From: Centroscyllium fabricii | Taxonomy: Eukaryota | Assembly: GCA_051313645.2 (NCBI GenBank) | Contig: JBNRSN020000003.1 | Coordinates: 494,078,001-494,142,000, forward strand | Direction of reading: 5' to 3' | Length of the DNA: 64,000 nucleotides | Part shown: positions 10,643-25,258 of the stretch, piece after piece | How the letters are laid out: each line of letters begins with the position of its first letter | Position numbering within the stretch: position 1 is the stretch's first letter | Position numbers and translations under genes: made by a program | The notes under the pieces: model-generated | What the model was told of the DNA's origin: nothing | Databases searched by the model: none | Seen by the model: only the letters and a program-made list of their open reading frames with translations

Positions 10643-13129
10643 GTAAATCGCTATTCCTTCTTCGGGGTTGACCTTCATGCTTTGTGTTGTGCTTCTTTTT
10701 TTTTTTGCTTACGTGCGTGTTGTGTGTGTAAATGTGTCAGAGATCCCTATTTATTTAAGTGTTCCTCAGCGAATAACGGGGCCTACGCGGAAAATAAAAC
10801 AAAAGGCAGCATTTCGCGTTGTTGAAAATGACAGTAGGCGAGTCTTTTCGAAATGTGAAGAGCTGGTCATCCACTGATCGGTATCGAGAAAGCTCAGCGT
10901 GTACAAAAATATAACCAGAACGCTAATGATGGGCACTGACCGCTGGGCAGTATTATTCACGCACACAGTGTCGCGGCCTATCTGTACAGTAGGATGTCGT
11001 TTCACCCTGATCGTCCAGTGCGCTTCGATTAAACTCAAAACTTCAATGTCAATAATGCAATTAAAATTGGGAGAATTTAGCACGAAGTAGCGACTAAGTT
11101 GAGTAGACCGCTAGTCAATGTTGAGGATTTCTAATTTCTATTACTTTAAAAAAAAAGTCCTAATATTGTCAGAAGTACTTTCCTTTCGCCTTCCACCCGA
11201 CTGAGAAACTTTGCAAACAATTCAGTTCCTGGATTCAGTAACTCGTTCTACTGGAGTTTGAACTGAGACATATAATAGTTACGTGTTCACATTAGATACA
11301 GGACAATTTACAAAAGCTTCCAAAACAAGTATCCATTTTTTAAGTTAGCAAAACTGCAGTATGGCAGTCCAGTGCTACCCTTACAGAACAACGTTGGTTA
11401 TCGGCATTGCGTCAACAGCTAAGGTGCTTTGGAGTAAATAACCTGCTAAAAAATGATAACTAAATATATATTTAAAATACTGGAGGATTTCCTCTTAAAT
11501 ATCCATTGCATTCTTTTTCAAACATGTGATGCATTTAATAACACCCCGAAATAAAATACCTTACTCCCAGTATGATTATCGTTTGCAAGCGAATGCTGTC
11601 GATTACAGATACACACGCTGTGTTTCAGGAGTGGTGTGAATTATTTATAACAGTATTCCAATGCTTAAAACGCATGGCCAATTAAGTGCACAGTTTGAAG
11701 ACCCGTGAGCATTATGGCCTCCTAAATTAAAACAAAACACAAATACAAAATTAAGGGAAATTTATAATCTAGCATCTAAGCAATACAATTGCGTAAAAAA
11801 TTCTAAGTTTAACGTGGTTCAGATACAATTATGTAAACAATTAATCATTTAAATATTGGACCGCGCTACGAATCGACGACATATAATTTTAATTTATAAG
11901 AAATATCATGAACGCATTAATAGTCGCATGTCTAGGTTCATTCTGACCCATATACTTTCAGGTTATGAACCTCATCACTGAACGTTTGTGTGTTATCAAC
12001 AGAGGCCTACTTTAATTGGAGTTGATGCGTTAAACCTGCATTAAATGCTATTGTGTCTTTCAATTGTTTTTGTTTATAGGGTATATTGGCAAGCCTTTAG
12101 ACAATCTAGCGAGAACATCTGTGAATTACATTGTACGTGTTTTGTGTTTCAGTTGTGCTGTAGACCCCAGTTATTGTTTTTATACCTTGTAGTGGTGAAA
12201 ATAATTTTTGAGCATGGAAAATAAGGCATCACTAGAGTGTGAGAAATAGGAAAATCTCAAACAGTGTTTAAGTAATGCAACGATTGACTCAACATTTTAC
12301 ACCATAGCAGAGATAAAATAGCAGGATAAAATAGTTAATCGAAGATGTGGTTGCTATCATAACATTTGGGTTTTTTTGGGGGTGAAAAACAATAAACTGG
12401 ATAGTTTTGCATTTCGGATGCCATTTTTCGAAAATATAGTATAACCTGCAGTATTTTGATTTTCTGTAGGCCACACACTTTTGAAAACTACACGTATTAT
12501 TACCACGATCACGTGCCCAGTCGTTTCCTAACTCTGAGTGTACCGTGAGTGATTAAAAGTGCTCACAAGAGCCCAGGAAACAATAGTCATTGTAATAACA
12601 TGGGCGCAACCTCGGGCTCATGTCGAGAGCTACCGACACTTTAACAGGGCAATGAAATCAATGGAAGAAGTTGGGTACAACGCACACACACGGGTCTATA
12701 AAGCCGAGGAAATGTAATTGGTGCTCATACTCCAATCAAACGGTTGCTCAAAAGTAGCCTGGAATTTTATCTTTATTACTCTTTGCAGAAGTCCAGACGA
12801 ATTTCGTGAATACCTCATTTATCTTTTGGAGTCAGCTAAGATTGGCATTATCTTTCTTTCGCCCCTCAATTTTCCATAACTTAATATAAAAGGCCTGCAT
12901 TCTGTAATACCTAGTTTAGTACCTCGGATTTGAAAATTGTTATTGTTGCCGCTGTTTTACCCATCCCTCCCTCCCTCTTTTTTTTTCTTTTGGAATCTTC
13001 TAAGTTTTTTTTTGTTGTAAATTTGTCAGGAGGGAACTGTGCTGTGTGATGGTCGTTACAAGTTGATAACATTTAACTCACCGTGCTTGGGTTTTTGGTG
13101 CCTCTTTTGCAAGAATTGTGCGGCGAAAT

Positions 13130-13279
13130 ATGGCGGAGACCGAGGAAGGCTTCGGGCTGCCAGGAACAACACACGGCGAGCCGGAGCCCAAGGAGCGCTC
13201 ATCTGAAAATAAGCAGGACAGCCAGCTCGGAGCCGTCAGCAAACCCCCCTCCCCACAACAAGCTACATATACTCAACAG
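13130..13279 (+). CDS. tbx5: T-box transcription factor TBX5, coding exon 1 (MAETEEGFGL...ATYTQQ)
   Basis: ATG at 13130. The 50 codons resemble the human TBX5 N-terminus (MADADEGFGL...AAFTQQ). Donor CAG|GTTGGT; upstream acceptor ctcttttgcaAG ends at 13113. Confidence 0.96.
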
Positions 13280-13599
13280 GTTGGTCTCAGGCACCCCTAC
13301 ACAGACAAACCCATGTGCAGTACAACATAAGTGCATGCTGTTGCAACACGAGTAACAACTTAGGTGTTCCATGTAAATGTCTATAAATGTATCTCTGACA
13401 CCTTTATTGGTGCTGGTGTACGCAGAGGCCTGATTGGTTAATCCCGTTACTTGTTCCACACTTTTGGACTGTTCGAATATCTCTGATCAGTAATCAGACC
13501 CAATTATGATTAGAAATCATTGCATTAGGGCGTATTTATTTTGCTGATACATATAAGTCCAAGAGTAGTGATATTAATTACAATCTTCACTTGTTATAG

Positions 13600-13695
<96 letters not shown>

Positions 13696-15157
13696 TAAGA
13701 GAGTATCAATGTACCGAACCGCAATGCTGCAATAATAACCGTTACTGTTCCCAATTACAACCCATTGTGATCGTCCTCACAACACGACCATCATCTAAAA
13801 TGGGCTTGCAAATATTCTTTTGATTAAACTTCGCAGTGATCGAACTCTCTTTGTCTATAAAAAATCTGTTCGGTCCCAAAGGGACATCCTTAAGTGTTTC
13901 TAAAGAGGGGAATATAATAGATAGATAGTAACTCCAATGCTCAACATTAAACAGGCTCAGATTAATCAATTTTTAATATGAAGTATTTAAAGTGACTGCA
14001 CAGAGCAGAGCCTGTCAGCCATGATGTAACAGCCAAGAAAAATACATTTAATAGAATGTAAATAAAAGCTTCCAATAATAGCCCCGAAAACGCATATTTT
14101 GACCTAACATTGGCTGTCCTTAGACTGTTTGTGGAAACTATAGCACAAAGGGCCATCATAAATTGCTCGAGCGTTTACAAAATGACACGGAAAAGTAGTT
14201 TAAGGAGCATGCAGGCTCTAATTAATAAAATATATGAATTACATGACATCGTCTGCTCCTCGCTATTATTTATTGTATTCAATTCATTTTAACGTTTAGA
14301 TGTGACACATTTTCCCATTTATTTCTTGAATATATTATTTTAAAATACATTTACACAGTAATATTCCAAATAAGTCACAAATTTGCAGGTTGAGACAGGA
14401 AGGCCGGGCATCCTAACTGGCGGCAATGTGAGCTACATTAGCAGGCGTGTGTAGAACAGTATTTAATAGTTTTTAAGAGTTAAAGTAATGCCTACTTTAC
14501 CACTCTGCCTTTACAAGATTTCCTTTTGCAAGCAGACAACATGTTTCCTCCTGGGCTTTCATTTTCATCCCACTTACGCTGAACGAGTGATAAATATTTA
14601 TAAAGATCTACATTTATTCAAGCTGTTCCTCGATAATTCGGCGAGACAACAAATACAGCTATCCCATTTAAAAGCTCTTTAGTTCGCTCCTAGTGCGACT
14701 TTTTTTGCTGACTAAAATCAGATTCAGATTATTTTTTTTCTCGAGTATTTTGTAAACACGGTTAGCATTTACAAAACAACAGCCACTTCCAGATGCAAAG
14801 AGACGAAACAACAGGCTTTGATTGCATGTTACAAATCAGGCCATGATCGAAGCCATGTCTGGATGTGTAACTTGGTGCATTAACGCTGCCTGTTTAACCG
14901 CGGCTGGTACAATCCGTGTTTACTGTGTGCATGAGTTACAGATCCTGTTATGTCTTCTTCAGATTGAACAATAGCTTTTCTATTCATTTGTCTTCCTAAT
15001 GTAACCTGGTCTACTCAAAATAAAATTATTTGTCAGCAAATATTAAGCATTGAGACAGACTTTTTTTGGCACGTACATCTTTGCAAGTGCTCGATATTAA
15101 TATTTTCCAGAATCAGCATTTTGTACCCTTTATTATTCATGTACAAGAAAGGTTTAA

Positions 15158-15391
<234 letters not shown>

Positions 15392-15856
15392 TAACAGAGT
15401 TTATTAATTGCTGAGCTGTGAATGATTAATCTTTTAAAAGCGTTACTCGGTGTGGTATGGAGCGGATAGCACCACCCTCCTGTACACGGTGTGCGTTGAT
15501 AAATGAGTGGCCTCTGCTTAACGGCACGTGTTGATTGTACTCTTTAATACTGACCATATTGCATAAAAGTTTGTTAATTCATGCAAAGAGATATGAGAGC
15601 AGAGTAGTTACAATACGCCACGGGTCTTTTTCGCAGTTAATTGAAGCAGTTAGTCCTAAGTTTCTGGAACATCTAACTTCCTAGCGCCCATTGTGCAATA
15701 TAGATTCAGAGTGTGGGTTCAACGTGTATAAAATATGCATCGAGAATGGCACCTGTTTTATTAAAGGCAATGCATTTTTGTAACATCGTGTGTGCGCCAA
15801 GTCTAAATCCGTTGCCTGGACTGATGGCAAACTGTTGGGAGTTTAGCTTCGAGTAA

Positions 15857-16090
<234 letters not shown>

Positions 16091-17954
16091 TGAACTCCAA
16101 TTGTCTGAAAAATTTACAACATTTTAATCGCGCAGTCTTGGAGAATTAATGCCAAGTGTTATGGAAACGGATGGCCCTAAAACCAAATACAGTCAAACTG
16201 GCTGATACTTAAAATAAAACAGAACATTTGCGTTTTGCAGTGAATGAGTTAACTGCCGCGGGTCTACTCAGGGTTAATCAGAAAGTTGCGAGGTGAGCTG
16301 GTCGTCACGTTGGGCACCAGTCGAACATTTAGTGCAACGTGATTATTTGCTGTAGGTTTGCACATGTTGCTTCTTGGAAGTGGACATTGACAAGGTTGCT
16401 ATTTCAACTGCGGTGCAGGGTCAATGAGTGTTTTTAGCGACGCATCAGGAATGCAATGGTTTGCAAACACGAGCTGAGAATTGAACCCTTCTCTCCACCT
16501 GGAATCGATGGCCCCGACTGCAGATTGCCGGATTGTGATGCACTGCATTCTGGGAGGTGGGGAGGTCTGCCATGACATAAACAATAAGGGCATTATGGGA
16601 GAAGGCACACGTGTTCATTTCACTGCCTTTGCCGACCCAGGCTGTGTAATGTACGATAGAAGTATCGCTGCAGTATAAAGGTCCAATCATTTTTTTTCCA
16701 ATTTTAAGCTCAGCGGCCCTATTGAAATGCTCTGATAGCATTGTGATTTTGTTGTTGTTGTTGTAAATTGCGCTCAATTCCTCCATTTAATGTAAAAATA
16801 CTTTAAAATAACACACCGTGGCCAGCATTGAGAGCAGGATCTGTATTATCTGCGAGGTTTATCTCGAGATAGGGTTAGCAAATAGAAGCAGCGCATGAGT
16901 AGAATCATCATCGACTTCCACAGGGTTTTTTTTGCTAAGGTTTGGGATGGTTTGTGTCGCAGAATAGGGGGCTGTGTTTGTCAGACATTACGCCCTTCGT
17001 TGGGTAACGGTAGCCTTGGAAACTGCCTTGCGATGGATGGAAGCCCCGCGAAGGGCAGCCTTCCCTACTGTGAAAAGGCGGCGAATGTAAAAATCTCTCT
17101 AAACAAACGAATGGAGAGGCAACAATGAGAAATTCATTTAACAAATTGCTAGATGAAACCAGTACTGGTAGCCTCTCAATTAAGCGGGATGTAATGAAAT
17201 TAAAAACCATTAGATCGTTCACCACTGATGTCTAGGGCTTACGGGACTGTCAAAGCAATTTACCTAAGCCTGGGGGATGAGAGGGACTCCGAGTAGAGAT
17301 GACTTGCAGGGTCTGCGATGGCGGGACAAGCAGCGTCTTTCTGTCGCCAGGTTCCCTGCCAACCCTGCCCCCCGCTCCTCACCAACAATCTTTACGATCT
17401 TGGAATAATTGGAGAAAAAAAGACTTCAGCGAGCCACGTCGATATCACCAGACACTTGCAACTCAAATGTTGGTTTTTTTCTTAAAAAATAAAATAAAAT
17501 ACAATGAAACATGTCCCCATGAGGGATTAGCACTGCTAATGGCGGGAGATTAGGAAGGTGAACGCGTTGCCAAAAGAAATCTCACCCCCACACGGCGGAA
17601 ATCCGCACGGATCCTCCACAATCTGTTCGTGTTGACTGCAATTTGTTACAATTGGGATTAGGAAGGCTGCGGAGGCGGGGAGGGAGACAACGAGGAGGTG
17701 TGTGTGTTAAACACCTTTCTTGGCTTTGAAATATAGGCCCAGATGAGTCATCTTAAAAATACATCCATTTCCACTCTTCTGCACCGGTTAATGTCCCCTT
17801 TTCACGTTCCGTGTTGCTGATGAGACCCCAAACACTCGCGTCCCCTTGAAGCACATTCCCCGCGGTCAAGTTGCCCCCCCCCCCCAAATGCGAACGTGGA
17901 TCTGAAACAGTGTTCATGGAAGGGGGGGAAAAATAACTGCATTTTTTTTTGTAG

Positions 17955-18125
<171 letters not shown>

Positions 18126-18310
18126 TGAACCTTGCAGCAACCAATTCACTCACTTACACCCCTGTACTTTCAAATGTTTGTTCCAACGCACTGTTTCAGA
18201 ATAGATGCAACATCCAGGCTGATGTCTTCAGTGATAACAGGGCCATCGGGGACCTGGGCAACAAACCGGCAGGTTGCATGTTATAAGCAACCTACAAGTT
18301 TCTCTTGTTA

Positions 18311-18503
18311 ATAACAACAGAACCTGCTGGAAAAACTCAGGAGGCCAGGCAACATCCGTGGAGAGAAATATAGAGTCGACGTTTCGGAAACCCGAAACGT
18401 CGACTCTATATTTCTCTCCCCGGATGTTGCCTGGCCTGCTGAGTTTTTCCAGCAGGTTCTGTTGTTATTTCGGATTTCCAGCATCTGCAGTATTTTGCTA
18501 TCG
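18311..18503. mobile_element. Fold-back Penelope-type insertion, family A (tbx5 intron)
   Basis: Arms symmetric about ...GTCGACGTTTCGG AAA CCCGAAACGTCGAC...; degenerate 18-bp TSD at 18293-18310 and 18504-18521. Confidence 0.75.
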
Positions 18504-20745
18504 TACAGGCTTCCCTTGTTACTGGGTCACATTGTAAACAGATGAGTCCAGCTTTAACTGTTAATTTTATGAACGATCACCCGCCTATTCGAAGATTTAA
18601 AGATCGCGACTGTGTTGGTGTATGGAACAGCATATTAACAGTCCGCCAGCACCTCAAACAATAAAATTCAGACTAATAATTAACTCGCTCCAGAACCATA
18701 AACTGTCTTTTCTCTTTGCAGAAGCCAATGGACATGCAGCATATTTTGAATATTTTCTGCTTTTATTTCAGACTTCCAGCATTTGCGGTTAATTTTCATT
18801 GTATATATATTTATTTCCCGTCTCTTATGTTTTCTGGGGTGGGAGCGCTTTAAGGGGATACTTTAATAATTGGCCACATATGGAAAGTCTCGTCTAATTT
18901 TTAATTTCCCTCTCTATTGAAATGACGCCAGTTGTAGAATTAGTTGGAGATTACAGTTTCATAGATCAATAATCACTTCTGGTCTATGGCGTTTAAGGAT
19001 CCCAGGGACCCGGACTGTTTATGTTCGAGCTCCGTTCAATAGCCGTCAGCCACCCGTTTGAACAACTGACGGTTAAAGACCTGGAGCATTTACTCCGGTA
19101 AAAGGTCGGCGAGAGGATCGAAGTCGGGATCCGTTTAACTTTACAACCAAAAAAATCAAAGCAGAACCCTAACCTGCAGTTCACGAAACGCGAAACGGAA
19201 CTAACATTTATCATTTTTAATGAACCAACGTTTGTGTGATCCGCAAGTCCCGCCAAAGTTGTGTAACATCAGACTTGGTTGTTTTGGACTGAAGCGATCA
19301 ATATTTGTTCCCTGTAAGTGTTCCAAGGAGCCATACATTTTATTTTGAGTGAAGATTTTTGAAAATATTTAACTTTATAAAGTGGTACCAAGAAGTGGTC
19401 TTTCGGGGTTTGAAGACTTTAATTGCTTTTTAGGTGTATACGTTTCATTGCTGGTTAACGGCTGCTTCTTAAAAGCATACAGATTTCCAATTATCTGAAA
19501 ACGGGGCATAAACGCCAGCATGTTGAAAAAATGATAGTATAATAGTGGAGGGGGGGGGGGGGGTGATAATTAATATAGACTTCATTAAAGAAGGCACTCA
19601 ACTGCAGAGGTATAATGATTTAGCCGTCTTTTAACTCTTTAGGACCCACCATTTGAATGCACAGTTCCCCCAGGAAATCCGTCTACCTGAAGCCACCTAA
19701 CGTCTAAAACTTGGACTTTAGTGTGACATCTTTCTCCCAAATATTCAGCACGTAGCAGGACCATTACACCCCACACACACTAGAATTGTTTCTCAAATGA
19801 TCACACTACATTTGAAAGCTTTGTGCTTATTACATTTGTAATGTGTTAACCATCTTATTAAACATGAGCGTGTAAAGATGCATAACGTCAAGTTTTCGTT
19901 TCATTTGTGTTTCTTTAATACTTTGAAAAGTGACTTGTATTTTAATACAAAATTAACAAAATGATCAGAGCGACAGACTGCATGTTTGTAATGCGCGTTT
20001 AAAATGATATTTAAATCTTCAGCGAAAATAACACGAAAGACAATCCATTATAACATTTCTATGTAATGACGTGTTATTAGATACATGGCGTGTCGTTTTC
20101 TCATATACAATTTTCTGAAATTGCTTGAGGCAATCCAAACTGATTATTCACTATCAACCAATCAGATTGGAATGTAAAGTATTTTATAAAATGGAAGTTG
20201 TCTTTTTGCCTCACGTTGCATAATATAATATCCGCACCAATTTCCTTCCATTGACCAGAGTATGTTGATACCCTGATATGGCGTGTCCCCGAGGTCTATC
20301 TCCCTGCATTTCTGTACATGCACCGAGGCGATTATTTCACGTCCACACTACTCAATTTAAGCAGAAAGTCCTGAGATTTTGAGATAAACTGAGGAGGAAT
20401 ATTGCCAGCGTTGCACATAATGAACCCGTTCATGGGATCCGCCCGGGAAATGTCAGTTAACGTTCGATGCAGCTGCCCAACCGAGTTTCAAACGCTCAAC
20501 TTTCCAGAAACCTCAATACAAATTGCAGATGGCGTCAGCGTCATATAAGGGACGTTTTTGTTGGAAGTGAACATGCCTTTCTTCATAAGACGTGTCGCAG
20601 ATTTGGTCAATACATTGCAAGTGGTTCATTCGCGTGAAATACTGGCTTTACATTTACCTAGCAGTTTGTCAAATAATGATTATTCGCGAGGATAGCGTCT
20701 TTAGTTTGGGTCTTAATCATTTGTCCCAGATATGCTAATTATAAA

Positions 20746-20910
20746 TAACAACAGAAAATGCTTGAAAACCTCAGCAGATCAGGCAACATCCGTGGAGAGA
20801 AATATAGAGTCGACGTTTGGGGTTCGAACCCATTGTCAGGACAATAATTCTCCCCACGGATGTTGCCTGACCCGCTGAGTTTTTCCAGCATCTGCAGTAT
20901 TTTTGCTATC
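20746..20910. mobile_element. Fold-back Penelope-type insertion, family A (tbx5 intron)
   Basis: TSD ATG(C/A)TAATTATAAA at 20732-20745 and 20911-20924; degenerate hammerhead on the minus strand. Confidence 0.75.
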
Positions 20911-21416
20911 ATGATAATTATAAAGACTGTTAAACGCCAGGCTCTATACACCTTAAGTTTCAATCTGAAATGAGTAAATCATTCGGAAGCTGACCAGGGC
21001 TACAGTAACACGAGCAATACTAGACTCAGACCGGTATGTGGAGTCTGCTACCATCAGCTGGCGGACCTGAGCTATACTGCCAACCAAACCCATCCTCCAG
21101 CCAATTCAGCCAAAGGAGATTCGAGCACGCGTGCTTGGGGTGGGTGCGCAAGGAATGTACCAGTAAATGATTGCTTAGGTCCCCAGGAAGCCGCTTGGAC
21201 AGTTTTATAACCGGCCTTACAATTAGACTGCAACATTGTCGAACTCCAAAGTTTGAGACTCTCAACTGGAGGTGTGCTTTCTGTGCCCACAGGAGTCAGA
21301 GCCGATTCCCAAGTTATACTGCCATTTTCTCATCAATGCACACCCCAAAACACTTCCCATGCACACACAATACTTATGAGGCTGATATTTCCTCCCCCGT
21401 CTTGCATATTTCGGTA

Positions 21417-21640
21417 GAACAACAGAAAATGCTGGAACAACTCAGCATGCCTGGCAACATCCGTGGAGAGGTCGACGTTTCGGGTTAGGACCCTTTGTCA
21501 AGCCTGAAGCATCCTTGCTTTAGGGTCCTAACCGGAAACGTCGACTCTATTTCTCTCCACCGATGCTGCCTGGCCTGCTGAGTTTTTCCAGCGTTTTCTG
21601 TTGTTACTTCGGATTTCCAGCATCCGCAGTATTTTGCTAT
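21417..21640. mobile_element. Fold-back Penelope-type insertion, family A (tbx5 intron)
   Basis: Inverted arms with GTCGACGTTTCGGGTTAGGACCCT / AGGGTCCTAACCGGAAACGTCGAC. Confidence 0.72.
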
Positions 21641-22024
21641 TGCATACCTAGGCGACCGACTGAAGTTATACTGCTGACAGCATTGCTACGCGTTGCACTA
21701 AAGTTGCAGCTCTATGCAATCCTGCTTCAGGCTGGCGTTTTTTAAAAAATATTGGGAACGTATGGGTGAAACACACACTTTCTCCGAAAACGAACAACAT
21801 TGCAAAGTAAAGCGAGTGAAGTTTATTAAGTGTGCAAAAAGAGAATGGATCAGGTGGTCAATTTTAAAATGCATTCCGAAATTCGCAGGCTAGTTTGTAC
21901 TGCGGTTAGCTTCATAGGGGGAGCAGGGGGATGTTCAAGGGGTGGGGGGGGGGGGGGGGCGTTTTGCAATATTTTATTTTAATGTGATATAGAAGATTTA
22001 ACGCTGTTTTAATTTCTCATTTAG

Positions 22025-22192
<168 letters not shown>

Positions 22193-22729
22193 TGAATTGG
22201 CATCCATCTAGCTGTTTCGCTTTCAGTCATATCCCATCACGTTTAGTAAAATGCTCCATATGTTTGTGATTTTTAGTTCTGTGGGGAATTGTTGTTTTGA
22301 ACACACACACAACTGCTGGCTTAGTTACGGTCGGGACAAAGTTCATTCTGATTTTGCGACGTGTAAATGTAATTAGATTGCCAAAATCCTCGTAAAGAAT
22401 GAAAAAGGACGTGCATTTATATAGCGCCTTTCACGACCCAAGCACGTCCCGAATCGCCTTCCAGCCAATGACGCACTTTTGAAGTTTTAATCTGGAAATT
22501 CAAATATAGATTAAGACACGTGTTTCTCTTTAAGCTGCAAGCCCGACTTTAACTGTTTTCTACTGTGTGCGTAATTAACAGTTCAGACTGAATTTTGGAA
22601 AGTCAAATCCCCTTTCCAGTTAAATTGTACCAATATCGTATTTTTATATAATATATAATTTCGTACCTTTATACACGGACTCTGTGGATTATGAGCCTGA
22701 CTGTTACATGAAAGTTCATCGACCTGAAG

Positions 22730-22820
22730 TTTCTCTCGCCACAGATGCTGCCTGACCTGCTGAGTATCTTCAGCAATTTCTGAGATTTCCAGCATCTGCA
22801 GTATTATCTTTTTGTATTTA
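22730..22820 (+). mobile_element. Family A single-arm fragment
   Basis: CACAGATGCTGCCTGACCTGCTGAGT...TTTCCAGCATCTGCAGTA. Confidence 0.6.
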
Positions 22821-23430
22821 TGCTACATGAAACTGCTATTATAGACATCGCAAATGCGGCCAATCTTGGCCTTCAGTCAGCATTATGTGACCCACAATTT
22901 CTAAGCACACTTCCGATCCAAGTATCCTTTTATTCATAGATACAAATCGGACGTCCGATATCAGTGTATGCGAGTCCGTGTCCAAATATAGCCCTGATGC
23001 AAACACTCGTTCGCCAGCTGTCATTCGTTGTATTGGCCAAAAACAACAAGACTTTTCCCGAGGCAGTTGGAATCAGACAGCAGGGAAGGAGGCCATTCAG
23101 CCCATCGTGCATGTGGCGTCTCTTTGAAAGAGTTCGCCCCACTCCCCCACACTTTCCCCGTCGCCCCTGCAAATTAGAATTGGGAGAGGAACAGACACAA
23201 GAACAGGCAGAACCACTTAGACTTGTTAAAATGGTTTAATTCTGACGTTCAGAGAATGTGAACATCCTTTAACATTACAGATGCAATTTAAATCTTTCGA
23301 CCACATAGATTTATTACTGAATATAACAACGCGCTGGGTCTGTACCCTCCGGAAGCACCGGTGGAAGTGTTGCGTTTTTTTTTGCCCTTTTTGAATTTCA
23401 AGGAATTTACCTTTTGTAATATGGTTACAG

Positions 23431-23654
23431 TAAAGAATACCCTGTGGTTCCCAGGAGCACGGTCAGACAACGTGTGGGGTCTACTGCGAATCAGTTCAGT
23501 GGAGAGGTGCGAGTGTTGCCGGTGTCAAACAACCTGAGCTCCCAGTATCAGTGCGAGAATGGGGTTTCCAGTTCGACTCAAGAGCTGCTGCCTCCCAACC
23601 CATACTCACTCTCTCAGGAGCAGAGTCCGCTCTACCACTGTACCAAGAGGAAAG
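23431..23654 (+). CDS. tbx5: TBX5 coding exon 7 ([15 protein letters not shown]...LYHCTKRK)
   Basis: Acceptor ggttacAG, donor AAG|GTGAGA; 224 nt; overlaps ORF 23444..23716. Confidence 0.96.
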
Positions 23655-24260
23655 GTGAGAAATCCCTCAGCCACTGCTTCAACGCTTTCTGGGGCTACCA
23701 CGCATTTTCAATGTGAATCGCCGGTCAGTGTCATGTCAGTGTCAGCTACACATTTTATCTGGCGAAAAAGATACATTTTTAGTAGATATTAGAATCAGAA
23801 ATGAGCTATTTTCCGGTTCTAGTCACCATGGCAAGCGCAGCAGCCCGCAGTATCCTATTATAAAGGAAGCAACAGATTAAAAAAAAAGAATTGACAAGTG
23901 GTCATCTGCCTCAAGAGTTCCCACCGAGAGATCTAAACTGTCTCTTCTGTGGGTGGCTTCTCTAAATAACCGGTTATCTGCTCCTCTTGAGTGTCAAAAA
24001 ATAAACAACTCTCGGGACTACAGTGGCAAGATGGAATGCTGTGATGTGAAAGGAGCACGTGACCTTCCAATCCGTGCTCCACCTCACACAGGCTGGGCTT
24101 GTCAACATTTTTTCCTCTTAAGTGCATTTTAGTAATACTTCATTGCATGGACGCTGAAGGCAATATATATCTTCTGTGGTGATGTATCTTATGAAAATAG
24201 GTCTTTAGCAAAATGTTGCTGGAGAGCTTGAGTAACAGAACCCCTGACTGAGAAAGATGC

Positions 24261-24444
24261 CATGATGTGGAGGTGGACAAATGCAAGAAGTCACACAACA
24301 CCAGATTATAGTCCAACAGTTTTATTTTAAATCACAAGCTTTCGGAGCTTCTCTTTCACCTGACGAAGGAGCAGCGCTCCGAAAGCTTGTGATTTAAAAT
24401 AAAACTGTTGGACTATAACCTGGTGTTGTGTGACTTCTTGCATA
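24261..24444. mobile_element. Fold-back Penelope-type insertion, family B, in the last tbx5 intron
   Basis: Arms nearly identical to 3443-3618; 10-bp TSD AGAAAGATGC at 24251-24260 and 24445-24454. Confidence 0.85.
24356..24392 (+). ncRNA. Minimal type I hammerhead ribozyme motif, sense to tbx5
   Basis: TCAC-CTGACGA-A-GGAGC(AGC)GCTCC-GAAA-GC-TT-GTGA, with a perfect 5-bp stem II. Confidence 0.72.
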
Positions 24445-24679
24445 AGAAAGATGCAAAGGAGTTATGTTTATCAGGAATATCCGTGTTGCCTGTATAATAA
24501 AGTTTGAATGCTTAGTGAAACAAAAACACCTTAAAGTGCAAAAGCATTTTTTTGGGAGAGGGAGGGGAGTTTGTTATTCAGTGCTGATGAAATAATGAAA
24601 TACCTGTGTGTGTGTGTTGGTGGTGGGGGAGGGGGGACGCGTGTGGAGGCAATGGGCTCAGACCTGCACCATGAAATAA

Positions 24680-25052
24680 ACACTTGCCTTTATATTGCAC
24701 CTTCCACACCCACAGCAAGGTCCCACAGCAAGGTCCCACAAACAGCAATGTGCAAGTGTCCCAAAAACAGCAATGTGCTAGTGACCAGATAATCTAATTT
24801 TTAGTGATATTGGTTGAGGGATAAATATTGGGTGGGAAGCCCAGGAGAACTAGCCTGCTCTTCTTCAAGTAGTGACATTGGATCTTTAACATCCATCTGA
24901 GGGGCAGATGGGCATCGGTTTAACGTCTCATCCAAAAGATGCCACCTCTGACAGTGCAGCACTCCTTCAATACTGCACTAGATTGTCAGCCTAGACTTTG
25001 TGCTCAGGTCTCTGGTGTGGAACTTGAATCCACAACCTTCTGACTCAGAGGC
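24680..25052 (-). mobile_element. SacSINE1/DeuSINE-like SINE (tbx5 intron)
   Basis: tRNA-like head (reverse complement of CTCTGAGTCAGAAGGTTGTGGATTCAAGT) and Deu-like core (CTGTCAGAGGTGGCATCTTTTGGATGAGACGTTAAACCG). Confidence 0.75.
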
Positions 25053-25258
25053 AACCATAGAGAGATGGGTCACTAAGACCCATGTGGCCTTGAGGTATGC
25101 ACCTATAACATTACTTGTAAACTGTTTATAAGGACATTTTCAGTACATTTGTTGACTAAAAAAGCAATGTTTCTAATAACGAAATAATATCTCTTGCTGT
25201 TTCACGCATTGTTCATTAATTTAAATTTTATTCTGCTCTGATTTATTTATGTAAGCAG

